A stretch of DNA of 64,000 bases from Paragordius varius (lineage: Eukaryota > Animalia > Nematomorpha). This document shows positions 14,101-27,633 of this stretch, in pieces; position 1 is the first letter of the stretch, and the number at the start of each line of letters is the position of its first letter. The stretch covers positions 4,340,001 through 4,404,000 of the forward strand of contig OZ176058.1 of NCBI GenBank assembly GCA_964247055.1, in the 5' to 3' direction. The notes under the pieces were generated by a model. The model saw nothing but the letters and a program-made list of their open reading frames with translations. It was not told where the DNA came from and did no database searches. Both the position numbers and the translations under genes were made by a program.

Positions 14101-17100
14101 AAATATTAATTTTATATTTTGCAATTTACAACAATGAGTTATCTTTCAAAAAAAGGAGTTTAAAAAAGTATGGTGATTGTCTTTTAAAAAAAACATATGC
14201 CTTTATATAAGGATTTGTCCCTATAATTTCAATTTTTTTGTAATAGAATTTAAAAAAATATGAATTTTTAGCTATTTCTTGCTTGCTTTCATATATTTTA
14301 GGAATATCGAAAAATTTTAATATATCTTTGTTTCACCAAGTTAAATTTCTTTTTTTACCAATAAAATGGCTCTTTAATGTATATAATGAATATATATACA
14401 TATAAATATGTAGGGTCAGAATATTATGCAAACCTTATTTTCTCAAGTATCGATACAGAAAACAAGGGATATATAACTTTTCAAGTAGAATATTTAACAG
14501 TTTTTTTTAATCCTTTAAAGTATTATATAAAAAACATACATTAACAATTGAAATTATACGGACAAAATGTAAAAATATAAAAACAAATATTTTTTTCTAA
14601 CAGACAACCATACTTTTTAAACCTTAATTTTTCATAAAATAGCCATTTAAAACAATGAGTTATATTAATATAAATTTAGATTTAAAAAGTATGGTTTTCC
14701 TTTAGAAAAAATTGTATCTTTATATTTTTTCAGTTTATACTATTTTGTCAGCCCTAAATGCATTTTGTATGATTATTTTATCATAGATTGGCATAGAAAT
14801 ATCTCTTTTGGACCCTAAGTCGTCTAATATTAAAAAAAATATTTATTTATCAACCTTGTTTTTTATTAAGTTATTTGTATCATGTTTCAAATTATAGTAT
14901 GAAATTTCAGGAAATAGCTGAGTAAATTACTGTGGGTTCTTTAGTTACTTATTACAGTTAAAAATTGAAATTATACGGACAAAACGTAAAAACATAAAGA
15001 CAAATGTATTTTTGTAAAAGACAACCATACTTTTTAAGTCTTTATATTTTAAAATAGAACTCATTATTTTAATACTATGAAATAAGGATATATATAATAC
15101 TAAGACAATAAATTCTATATTTTATATTTGTAAACAAATATTTATATAAGAAAAATTAAGGTTTGAAAAGTAGGCTTGTCTTTTACAAAAAAAATTTGTG
15201 TTTATATTTTTACGTTATGTCCATAGTATAACATATAACTTAAAATCTTACTATAAGTAGACGGCTTATAAAAAGAAATTGAGATTTACCTACCCCCTTT
15301 CGAAAAAAATTTAAGATCTAATGCTTGATTTGTAATGCGAAAATGTTAGGCATACTTTGTCTCTTTTAATTCAAATTTCTATTTTTTTTCTAGAAATATA
15401 TAAGCCTCATATCTCTCTTAAAACCAAAAAAACCCAAAGACAATGCTAATATACTTAATAATTCACTTGAACATGGGAAAAATACACCTCAGCTTTCAAA
15501 CGATAGTATATTTATTTATATAATTTATAACAGATAAATATGAAATTATACGGACAAAACATAACCTTATAAAGACAAATATTTGCAAAAGACAACCATA
15601 CCTTTTTAAACCTCTTTAAAAAGATAACTCGTCTTTTAAATTAAGTATGAATTTGATATGTAAATTGTAATTAAATAGCTATGGGAAAAATAAGGTTAAA
15701 AAAGTATGATTTTCTTTAAGAAAAAAAATATTTGTCTTTATATTTTGCATTTTGTCGGTATATTTCCATTTTTACTGCGTTACTGAAAACTGACTTGCAG
15801 TGGCGAAAAATAATTAACCTTACTTGCTTTTTGAGGTGGGAATATTTTTTTTCAAAAAACTTTTATATTATTTTATAATAATAAAAAAAACTTTTAACCA
15901 GGTAAAGAAAAAAGTAAAAACGACACGATAGATGACATACTTGATTGGATCTTTCGCCTTTATGATATAAATCGAGATGGTTTCATAAGTCCTGAAGAAA
16001 TGTTAGAAGTCAGTTTAGCGATTTTTTATCTTCAAAACAAAATTATGAATCCACCAGTCATTGAAAAGATAACTAATCATGTTTGCCATGTTTTTAGCGT
16101 ATGATATTTTGAATATATTTAAAAATTATACGGACAAAATGTCAAAATATAAACACACAAATATTTATTTTTAAAAAGGCGACCATACTTTTATAAATCC
16201 AAATTTTTAATTTACCTTATTTTTAAAGTATGATATAGAGATGTTTGGTAACACAAATATATGCGTATTTTACAATTGTGTTTAAATAATTTTCGCCTGA
16301 TAAATTAAAGTTTAAAACAACAAGAGTTGGCTTTTTATTTAAAAACTTTGTCTTTATATTTTTACGTTTTTTCCGTCTATAATTTCAATTTTACTGTAAA
16401 TTTATTATATGAATCCCTATGTGTCTCAAAAAAATTTAAATATAATTAAAAAACAGTAATAATTGTTATTCTTGAGTTATAAGATTTTAATATCCCCTTT
16501 TAATAAATTTATGGAAGGATTTAAAATTATTTTGCAAAATCCAACCATTCTAATACTTTTTCCATATAAAGATGTATCTTAAGAGAAATACAGTAAATTT
16601 TGAATATACAGATATTACATTAAAAAAATATAAATTTTTTCCTTAGACAGATAACATTATATTATTTTAAATTTAATTTTATAATTGTTTTTTTTAAGTT
16701 GTTAAACTCCGAGGAGAGATTTAATACAGTAAAAATTGAAGGGCAAAACGTGAAAATATAAAAACAAATATTTTTTTCAAAAAGATAACCAATCATATTT
16801 TTAAATCTAAATTTTTAAAACAAACCTTATTATTTTATAATTTAAAGGATAAGAGATATAATAAGTATAATTGTATTTTGACAAAAAAATATTTATCGTT
16901 ATAATTTTACGTTTTGTCCGTATAATTTTTATTTTTACTGTAATACAATCAATTATATCTAATTTAAATTGCAAAATATATGGAAAAAATTGGCGTTTAA
17001 AAGAGTATGGTTGTTATAAAAAAATTTGTCCGTATAATTTGAAAATTTACTGTACTTTTTGATTATAACTTCAGTTTTTAAAGAAATAAGCTATTTATTC

Positions 17101-17838
17101 GATAATCTCATATAAAAATTACAAAATTTACACCTTATTTATATTACAGTAAAAATTGGAATTTTACGGACAAATTGTAAAAATATAAGGATAAATATTT
17201 TTTTTTCTAAAAGATAAACATATTTTTTAAATCTTGATTTAATAACTCATTGTTTTAAATATCAATGTGTGAAAAAGACATATAAAACTAACAAAATCAT
17301 TTTGTATATTTTATACTTTTATTAACTATATAGCTTATATAAGAAAAATTAAGGGTAATAAAAGGATATTGTTTTTTCGATATAAATATTTGTGTTTATA
17401 TTTTTACGTTTTGTACGTATAATTTCAATTTTTACTGTATATATATTATATATATTTATGAAAAAAATAGCGTTTTTAAAACTATGGTTGTCCTAAAAAA
17501 ATTTTTGTCCGTATAATTTTAAATTTTACTGTGCTTTTTTTGATTTCAAAAAAAACTTTCTATATCTATTTCAACTTTAGCTTTTAAAGAAATAAGCATT
17601 TTCTTAAATAATCTCAGATATTTTTAAAATTTATCCTTTAATTTATATTAATTACTAGAAAATTGACACTAAAAACCAATTGGCAATTTCAAAGGCTGAT
17701 TTCTTCCAGTTCTGCAAAACGCAGGTTTTTTTTCTTTAATTTATTGCTAATATTACATGTTTATATTTAATATTAAAATTATTTTTATATTTTTTATTCT
17801 AGAGAATGGATGTAATGAAGTCTCTGGGAATATTATAA
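11127..17838 (+). CDS. KCNIP: KChIP-like (Kv channel-interacting protein, neuronal calcium sensor family) copy A, about 244 aa
   Basis: Exons 11127-11193 (or alternative 11877-11985), 12815-12930, 13803-13872, 14414-14484, 15394-15505, 15902-16098, 17659-17724, 17803-17838. All GT-AG and in phase. Motifs NFSRREIKQLYQKFKQ|NFPRGFIDHEGFRTLFANLFSDG|RSEYYANLIFSSIDTENKGYITFQ|...WIFRLYDINRDGFISPEEM...|KIDTKNQ..|RMDVMKSLGIL* mirror the KChIP core, and most exon boundaries match. There is no Gly2 myristoylation motif. Confidence 0.88.
11877..11985 (+). CDS. KCNIP: Alternative first coding exon of KChIP copy A (paralogue at 33884-33992)
   Basis: MSFASIYSYGTHQIYSEKFDFNKKNNFCTLPDSLKQ+G|gttagt. Its phase-1 donor matches the exon-2 acceptor. 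The frame is conserved in copy B, and no AG acceptor lies close upstream. Confidence 0.7.
13475..13698. mobile_element. MITE family C copy nested in a family A element (KChIP A intron 2)
   Basis: Same TIRs as 1995-2215. The paralogous site in copy B (about 35085, TTTTTACGTTTTGTCT) is empty. Confidence 0.85.
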
Positions 17839-19563
17839 AAATATCTACTTATTGACTATGAAATATGGCATTAAATAAATTTATTTTATTAGGCTGATAA
17901 AATTATATTAATTTTTATATATATTAAAAGAGTAATATTTTACATTTCAAAATCATATTTTTCCACTTTTAAACTATCATGCGCTTAAATTGACACTTTA
18001 AATTGAAATGTAATATAATAAAAATACTAATTTTAGTTGGGCAAATATACCGACAGTTATATAATACATTAAATATTAAAATTAAACGTAAAAATATAAG
18101 GACAAAACTTAAAAATATAAGGACAAATTTTTTAAGAAAATATTTTGAAATCTTGAATATCTAACATATAATACAGTAAATTTAAAATTAAACGTAAAAA
18201 TATAAAGACAAATATTTTTTTTAAAAAAAACAACCATACTTTTTCAAACCTTAATTTTTCTTATATAAGCTATTTCATTACAATTTGTAAAATATGGAAT
18301 AGATTGTGTTACAAACATAAAAATATATCTTTATTTAACACCCCATTTTAAACAATGAATTATTTGAAAAATCAAAATTCGCCTAGAAAAGAAATAATTA
18401 TCTTTATATTTTTACGTTTCGTCCGTATAATTTACATTTTTACTTTTTGGGATTTATTAATATTTTATTTTAGGTGCCAAATAATATGGTAGTTCAAAAC
18501 ATTTAAGCATAATGATAAATAGCGAAATAACAAGTATTCCAAGTAACTGTGAAGCGATAGTTTTATACATAAAGAGAGACTTAAACTTTGGGTAATTTTA
18601 TTAAAATTTTAATTTAATTTAAAATAATTTTGATATAAATTTCTAATCTTTTTATAACATTTTGCGAAAAATATATGCTATTACAGTAAAAACTAAAATT
18701 CAAAAAGTAAAAATAAAAAAACAAATATTTTTTCTAAAAGACAATCATACTTTTATCAAGCTTAATATTTCTTAGATAAATTATGTAAAATATATATTTG
18801 ATTATGTAATCAATATACATATCAATTTTATACTTTGCAATTCAAAACAATGTGAGTTATCTTTTTGATAAAATGAAGTTTGAAAAAGTATGGTTGTCTT
18901 TGAGAAAAAAAATGTCTTTATATTTTGAGGTTTTGTCCGTAAAATTTTAATTTTTACTGTAAAATCTCTACGCTTTCCTTATTCTAGGTGCTTTTAGTTT
19001 TGAGGCATACGAGCGATTTAAGAAAGTTATATCAAATTCGTTAACGTTAAAAAATAGCATATTTTGTGCTAAAAATTATTTTCAAAAAAACCAAAATTTA
19101 TTATTTTAATTATATAAAAAAATTATAAAATGGATTTATTATATGTTAAATAAATTTATTTGATTATTTTTTGCAAACAATCACACATATTAAATTTTAA
19201 ATATTTTTATATTTGCCAAAAATATACTATTATAGTCTTTAAGCATTCATCCTAATGATGCTTTTAGTTTTAAGGCATACGAGTGATTTAAGAAAGTTAT
19301 ATCAATATTCGCCAACGTTGAAAAATCGCATATTTTGTGCTAAAAATTATTTTTTAAAAAGAACCCAAAATTTATAATTTCCAATATATTAGTTATAAAC
19401 CAAACAAAAAATTATAAAAAAGTATTTATTATATATGTGTTTGATTATTAAATTTATTTGGAATTATAATATTTTTTGCAAATAATCACGCATAGTAGAC
19501 AATAATTACAATATAAAAGCCATTTTATATTTAAAAATAATTTTTTTTAAAGAAAATATTTAT

Positions 19564-22500
19564 TCATTCGGATTCTTTGTTAACATCTGGTTTCATGGCG
19601 GGAAATAATATCACTTCCTAAATGAATGCAAAAAATAATATATAAAAAAAACAATTTAAAAAGACAAAAAAAGTAAAAAAAGTCAAAATATTATTAAAAC
19701 ACATCATTTTCCATCTAAATTGGTAAAAATATTATTTATGGAAACTATTTAACCTTAAAATATACTCTTTTAGATGTGAATATGTTAGAAACCAACTCTT
19801 TATTCAAAGATATCCAAATTAGCACACCATTTAAAATAATTTTTATGGAATTTAATCTAAAATCTCAAAATTTCGTAAAAATTAATATTTTTTTACAAAA
19901 AAAATTTACTTAAATATTTTCCGTATCAGTTAGAGTAAAAATATTAGATCTCTTTATCCATAGATATCCAAATTAACACATTTAAAATAATCTTAAAATA
20001 AAGAATAAATAATCTAAATTCTATCCGTATTTTTATAAAAACATACTATTTTATAAATATTAAATATCCAAATTATAATGGAATTTAATCTAAAATTTCA
20101 AAATTTATTAAAAATTAATACTTTTTAACAAAAAAAATTACTTAAATATTTTCCGTGTCAGTTAGTAAAAATATTGTTTAAAAAACTATTTATTTTCCCT
20201 TTTAAGATGAGAAAAATGTTGAAAAAACAACTCTTTATACAAAGATATCCAAATTAACACAAAATAGTTCTTATGAAAATTTAATTTAAAATCTCAAAAT
20301 TTATTAAAAATTAATATTTTTTCTTTACAAAAAAAATTAATTTAATATTTTCCGTATCAGTGAGAAAAATGTTGGAATAACAACTCTTTATTCAAAGATA
20401 TCCAAATTATAATGGAATTCAATCTAAAATTTAAAAATTTCTTAAAAATTATTTTAGAAATTAAAAAAAATATATCCATATTATCATAAAATTTAAAATA
20501 AATTTTAAAACTAAGAATAATCTAAAATTTCAAAATTTATTAAAAATTAATTTTTTCATACAAAAAAAAATTACTTTAATATTTTCCGTATCAGTTAGTA
20601 AAAATATTGTTTAAAAAGGACTATTTTATAACCTTAATATATTCTCTTTTTCGATTATTCAAAGATATCAAATTCTCACATTATTTAAAATAATTCTTAC
20701 GAAAATTAATCTAAAATTTCAAAATTTCTTAAAAATTAATATTTTTTTTACAAAAAACTTAATTTTTCATCTATATTTATAAAAAATTGTTAAAAAAACT
20801 ATTATATTTAATATATACTCTTTTAGATGGTAAAATGTTAAAAACTCTCCTTTATTTACATATATCCAAATTAGCACACCATTTAAAATAAATCTTAAAA
20901 CAAAGAATAATCTAAAATCTCAAAATTTATTAAAAATTAATATTTTTTTTTACAAAAAAAATTACTTTAATATTTTCCGTATCAGTTAGTCAAAATATTG
21001 TTCAAAAAAGCTATTATTCAAAGATATCCAAATTATAATGAAAGTTAATCTAAAATTTCAATATTTCTTAGCACTTAAAATTTTACAAAAATTGATATCC
21101 AAATTATCATAAAATTTAAAATAAATCATAAAACAAAGAATAATTTAAAATTCCAAAATTTATTAAAAATTAATATTTTTTCTTTACAAAAAAAATTACT
21201 TTAATATTTTCGGTATCAGTGAGTAAAAATATTGTTCAAAAAAGCTATTATTCAAAGATATCCAAATTATAATGAAAGTTAATCTAAAATTTCAATATTT
21301 CGTAAAAATTATTTTTTTGACAAAAATTGATATCCAAATTAGCACACCATTTTAAATAATCTTAAAACAAAGAATAATCTAAAATTCCAATATTTTCAAA
21401 AAAAATTTTTTTCAAAAAAAATTACTTTAATATTTTCCGTATCAGTTAGAGTAAAAATATTATATCTCTTTATCCAAAGATATCCAAATTAACACACCAT
21501 TTAAAATAATCTTAAAATAAAGAATATATAATCTAAATTCGCAAAAATTTTCCGTATAATTATAAAAATATACTATTTTATAACCTTAATATTAAATCTT
21601 AAAACAAAAAATAATCTAAAATCTCAAAATTTCTTAAAAATTAATACTTTTCAACAAAAAAAAATTACTTTAATATGTTCCGTGTCAGTTAGTAAAATAA
21701 TTACTCAAAAAAGACTATTTTATAACAAAAATGTTAGAAATCAACCCTTTATCCAAAGATATCCAAATTAAACTAGAATTGAAAGAATCCTAAATTTTTT
21801 AAAAATTATTTTTCTAACAAAAAATTGATATCCAAATTAACACACCATTTAAAATAATCTTAAAATAAACAATAATCTAAAATCTCAAAATAACTTAAAA
21901 ATTAAAACTTTTTAGAAAAAATTACTTTAATATTTTCCGTATCAGTAGAGTAAAAATATTAGATCTCTTTATCCAAAGATATCCAAATTAACACACCATT
22001 TAAAATAATCTTAAAATAAAGAACAAATAATCTAAAATCTCAAAATTTTTCCGTATATTTATAAAAATATACTAATTTATAACCTTAATATTAAATCTTA
22101 AAACAAAGAATAATATAAAATTTCAAAATTTTTTAAAATTTAAATTTTTTTTACAAAAAAATTACTTTAATATTTTCCGTATCAGTTAGTAAAAATATTG
22201 TTCAAAAAAGACTATTATCCAAAGATATCCAAATTATAATGGAATTCAATCTAAAATCAAAAATTTTCGAAAATTATTTTTTTTTACAAAAAATTGATAT
22301 CCAAATTATCAAAAAATTTAAAATAAATCTTATGAAAATTCAATGTAAATTACCAAAATATCTTAGTAATTATTTTTTTACAAAAAAGTTACTTTAATAT
22401 TTTCCGTATAAGTTAGTAAAAATATTAGATCTCTTTATCCAAATCCAAATTAACACACCATTTAAAATAATCTTAAAATAAAGAATATTCTAAATTCTCA

Positions 22501-23021
22501 AAATTTTTCCGTATATTCATAAAAATATACTAATTTTAACCTTAAAACTAAATTTTAAAACAAAGAATAATCTAAAATTTCAAAAATTTATTAAAAATTA
22601 ATACTTCAAAAAAAATAATTTTCCCTCTTTAGATAACTAAACTTTTAATCAACCCTTTATCCAAAGATTTCCAAATTAGCACATTATTTAAAATAATTCT
22701 TATAAAAATTTAATCTAAAATCCCAAAATTTATTAAAATTTAATTTTTTATTTACAAAAATTGATATCCAAATTACCACACCATTTAAAATAATTTTTAA
22801 TAAAGAATAATCTAAAATTTCTAAAATCCTAAAATAACTTAAAAATTAAAATTATTTTTTTACAAAAAAAATTATACTTTAATATTTTCGGTATCAGTGA
22901 GTAACATGGTAAGTCTATCAAGACCCAATCCCCAACCAGCTGTTGGCGGCAATCCAAATTCCAGGGCTCTTACGAAATTCTCGTCAATGTGTTGTGCTTC
23001 CTCGTCACCTGCTAGTTTATC
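19564..23021 (-). CDS. KARS1: Duplicated last two LysRS exons (23021-22878 and 19617-19564); alternative 3' end or partial pseudogene
   Basis: Both exons are open with intact splice sites: DKLAGDEE...TDTENIK and [17 protein letters not shown]. No further upstream LysRS exons were found between 23 and 40 kb. Flanks 23030-23830 are homologous to 41330-42000. Confidence 0.85.
19780..22870 (-). repeat. About 240-bp tandem array with 11 copies of the exon-22878 end plus donor (expanded intron of the duplicated LysRS 3' end)
   Basis: TTACTTTAATATTTTCCGTATCAGTTAGTAAAAATATT near 19920, 20155, 20350, 20585, 20975, 21210, 21440, 21680, 21940, 22175, 22405, interleaved with CAAAGATATCCAAATT units. Confidence 0.93.
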
Positions 23022-24039
23022 CTAAATGGGGCGTATATATTTACAAACAAGATCAGCTGAGTTTTTAAAGGAAAATCAGTTTTAAAAGCAATAAAAAACT
23101 GATAAATATGCTATGAGGAAGTTTAATAATTTATTATAATATACACGAGATCAGCTGAGTTTTAAAAATCACTTAAAATCAATAGATAAGTGATAAATAT
23201 TTTATCAAATATTCAAAAGTCAAGAATTTTCGTGATTTTTCATAATATATCATCGTACATATGTATATATATATATATATATATATAAGATCAACTGATT
23301 ATTTAATTGATTATAGTTTGTTAGATATGATGTGAGTTAAAAAATTATGAAATTCTCATCAATGTGTTGAGCCTGCTCGTCACCTGCTAGTTTATCCTAA
23401 TAAGAAATGGAAAGAGGGCGATTGATATACACGATATCAGCTGAGTTTTTTATGAAAATTACTTAAACCAATAAAAAAACCGATAAATATGTTATAAACT
23501 ATTTTAGAGATCAGCTGATTATTTAATTAATTAGAGTTTGTTATATATGATATAAGTTAAAAAATTATGAAATTCTCGTCAATGTATTGTGCTTCCTCGT
23601 CACCTGCTAGTTTATCCTAAAGAGGGCGTATATATACATATACGAGATCAGCAGAGTTTTTATTAAGATCAGTTTTAAAACCTATAAATAACTGATAAAT
23701 ATGTTATTGAATATTCAAAAGTCAAGAATTTTCGTACTTATAGTTTATAAGGGTATAGAAAATCATTAAAAACAAATAAAAAACTGATAAATATGGTATC
23801 AAATATTTAGTTGTTATTCGGTGATTTCTTATAAATTATCATAGGGGCCTATATAACAAGATGTATTTTTGAAAAAAACATTTTTATATATCTAGGTTCA
23901 TTAATGTTATATAAGTGTAGTTTTTGGTATGATTTCAATTCATTCCATATTTTGTGAAATTATTTTTAAACAGACCTGGGGCAACTACCCCAATTAGATA
24001 TGAATGTGTTGTATCCAAGTGTTAAATATTTTTTACATT

Positions 24040-27000
24040 TTAAAAACAATATTTTTAATTTAAAATGTAGAAAAATAGTGAAATAAAACTAATTTTATTT
24101 GGGAAATTATACATTTATTTAATACAGAAAAATTACGACAAAACGTAAAAATATTCAACAAAATCAACAATTTTTTCAAACTTAATTTATTTTATTAACT
24201 CAATACAATATAATTGATTGTTACAAATATATATAAACTATCAAAATTTGTCTTTTACATAAAAACTGTCTTTAATTTTTACGTTTTGTCCGTATAAATT
24301 TAATTTCTTTTGGAATTTATTAATGTTAGGGTATCTATTTATATTGCCAATTTAAGTATATTGATAAAATAGTGAAAATAAACAAGTCTAAGTAATACCA
24401 CGCGAAAGTTATAAATATAGAGATTTAATTATAATTAGAGTATTTTATGAAAAAATAAAACTTAGTTATTTCCTAACCTTATAAAAACGTAAATGTCCGA
24501 TGTAAATTTTAAAGTTTTTTTAAATAATATCTTATATTTATAGTTTGAAAAAATATCCGAAAGTATACATACAGTAAAAACTGAAATTTAACGGACAAAA
24601 CGTAAAAATATAAAGACAGATATTTTTATTAAAGACAACCATACTTTTAAAATCTTAATTTATTCAATATAAATCTCTGTTTAAATGGCAAAGTCATAAG
24701 ATATATATAATTAAATTTTAAAATTGTAATTAAATTGCAAAATTGGGAAAAATTAAGGTTTAAAAAGTATGGGATTTTAATAAAAACATTTGTCTTTATA
24801 TTTTTACGTTTTGTCCGTATGAATTAAATTTTTACTGTATTTACAACCCTAAAAGCGCCTTTAAGTTTGAGGCTATTAAAAAAAGCTATATCAACTTTAA
24901 TTGCTCAGTATTAAAAAACTGCAATGCGCTAAAAAAATTTTGCAAATAATTTTAAATTTATAATATCCAACATTCAAGTAATAATTGAATATATACGGAC
25001 AAAATGTGAAAATATAAGGAAAAATATTTTTTTCTAAAAGACGACCGACCATATTTTATAAATCTATATATTTTGTATAATACTGATTTTTTTATACTGT
25101 AGATTATATAATATCCTAAATTAAAACATAATCAATTATATTTAATGCCCATATACAGTAAAAACTGAAATTATATGGATAAAACGTAAAAATATAAAGA
25201 CAAATATTTTTTCTAAAAGACAATCAATACTTTATAATCTATCTGAATATGACTCATTGTTTTAAATGGCAAAGTGTGAAATTAAGATATATATAACTAA
25301 CACAATAAATTCCATATACTACAATTGTATTTAAATAGCTTATATGGGAAAAATTAAGGTTTAAAAAAAGTATGGTTGTCTTTTTAATATAAACATTTGT
25401 CTTTATATTTTTACGTTTAACCGTATAATTTTAAATTTTACTGTGTAAGTATATCAAATGCAGCACGCCATATTATTTGAGTAGTCTAAAATAAGGGCCA
25501 GTAAGCCATTTGAATTGGACATTCCTGTTTTAAACTATGGACACACTTTTTCTATATATTTATATTTCTAAACATTTTGTTTTGAGCGTTACGTTCGCGC
25601 CAGAATTAAAAATGACAAAAATAATAAAATATATTTGAAAATGAAGGTTTTACAGACTAAACAAAATTTTGAAAATGAAAAAACATACGTTCTTGCGTTT
25701 TCAAAACCAGATATAATAATAATTACTATTTTAAATCAAAATATATTAGTTAATTAACAATTACATGTGTTTTCCTATTTTTCGTAGCACAAAAAAAATG
25801 GATGAATGTGTTTTCCTACAGTTGAGTTCAACACGAGCGCTTTTGTAAATAAAATTAATCCATATAATGCGCGATTCTTAGTTATTATTCTTGAGTTCTG
25901 CAAAGGTTACATTAGTTTTTTTGTCCTACAGTAGTATACTATTTACAACTCAAATTCACCCTTGAACAATTCAATTCACCCTTAAACAATTCAAATTCAC
26001 CCCTGAACAATTCAAATTCACCCTTAAAAAATTAAATTCACTCTAAAACAATTCAAATTAACGCTTGAACACAAATTCACCCTTAAACAATTCAAATTCA
26101 CTCTTGAACAATTCGAATTCACCCTATATACGTTTTTAGATTAAAAAATACCAATATTTTAAATTAAAAAATTAAAATTTTGTTTTAAATTAAAATTCTA
26201 CTGAAAAAATAATAAACTATGCCAAAAAGATATATTTCTTATTAATAATGAGTTATATTAGTTCGAAAACACATAATTTATTTTTAGGGTGAATAAGAAT
26301 TGTTCAAGGGTGTTGAATTGTTCAAGGGTGAATTTGAATTGTTAATGGTATATATTCACTCAAAAAAAATAATTTGTCTCAATAGCTGAGGACCCTATAA
26401 TATTGATAAAATTTTTATAACTGATTAATATATTTGTACATGTTATTGCTACTTAAAGTATATCAAATAAAACTTACTCATATATACAGTAAAAACTGAA
26501 ATTATACTATGGGAAAAATGTAAAAATATAAAGACAAATATTTGTTAAAAGGACAACCAACCATACTTTTTAAAACCGTACTTTTTAATATATAAAATAT
26601 TAAATTACAATCCTATATTACATATTGATTGTGTCACCAAATATACACATATAAATTTAATACTTTACAATTTAAAACAATGAGTTAAATTTTTAATAAT
26701 GTTTAAAAATGTATGGATGTTCTCTTTTAAAAAATTGTCTTTATATTGTTCAGTTTTGTCCGTATAATTTCAGTATTTACTGTAAAGGCAGGGCCACAGT
26801 ATTCGATTTTGACTGTTGAACAGTGATGCTATGGACAAAATGTAAAAATAAAAAGACATATATTACTTTCTAAAAGGCAATCAACCATACTTTTTAAATC
26901 TAGATTTATATCAATATAACTCATTGTTTTAAATGGTAAAGTGTGAAATAGACATATATAACACTAAGATAATCATTTCTATATTTTAAAATTGTAAATA

Positions 27001-27100
27001 AGTAGTTTATATGAGAAACACTAAGGTTTAAAAAATTATGGTTGTCTTTTTTGAGAAAAAATATTTGTCTTTATATTTTACATTTTGTCCGTATACATTT
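24040..27100 (+). other. Duplicated block homologous to about 29400-32560 (KChIP 3' flank plus upstream spacer)
   Basis: Collinear matches 24070/29450, 24845/29995, 25445/30608, 25940/31122, 26487/31933, 26820/32275. Confidence 0.85.
25939..26348. mobile_element. Family B foldback-like element, paralogue of 31122-31778
   Basis: About 8 left and 3 right 21-bp units, same internal sequence and flanks. Confidence 0.82.
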
Positions 27101-27235
27101 TTACTGCATTACTGAAAACTAACTTGCAGTGGTGAAAAATAGTTAATACCCTTACTATTTGAGGTAGGAATATTTTTTCAAAAATTTTTTTAAATAAAAA
27201 ATCGTTCAAAAACTAAAGAAAAAAGTAAAAACGAC

Positions 27236-27596
27236 ATGATAGATGACATACTTGATTGGATCTTTCGCCTTTATGATATAAATCGAGATGGTTTCATAAG
27301 TCCAGAAGAAATGTTAGAAGTCAGTATAGCAATTTTTTATCTGCAAAACAAAATTATGAATCCACCTGTTATTGAAAAGATAACTAATCATGTTTGCCAT
27401 GTTTTTAGTGTAAGTCATAAAATCTATTTTTAATTTTAGGCTCTTTTCTGCCATGTTGTTAATAAGATACTTTTAATATATATTAAAATTATAGACGGAC
27501 AAAATGTAAAAATATAAACACACAAAAATTTATTTTTAAAAACACAACCATACTTTTATAAATGCAAATATTTAAATATAATTCATTTTTTAAAGT

Positions 27597-27633
<37 letters not shown>

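Larger units (their letters stand above)
10570..23850 (+). other. Segmental duplication unit (KChIP plus LysRS 3' end), homologous to about 32580-42000
   Basis: Collinear matches throughout, e.g. 10575/32582, 11127/33147, 15330/36762, 17659/39301, 19564/40836, 22878/41175. Confidence 0.9.

Noticed and set aside
16871-17062. ORFs 16871-17062, 32152-32391 and 36164-36487
   Set aside because: They run through MITE terminal inverted repeats; the shared peptide fragments (FYVLSV/RTKRKNIKTNIF-like) come from the repeat.
23900-24030. GC-richer patch (CAGACCTGGGGCAACTACCCC) at the duplication breakpoint
   Set aside because: It could be an isolated exon remnant, but I found no partner exons or recognisable peptide.
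25445-25900. Relatively GC-rich block conserved with 30608-31090
   Set aside because: Stops in all frames tested and frame-breaking indels between the copies; treated as duplicated non-coding DNA.
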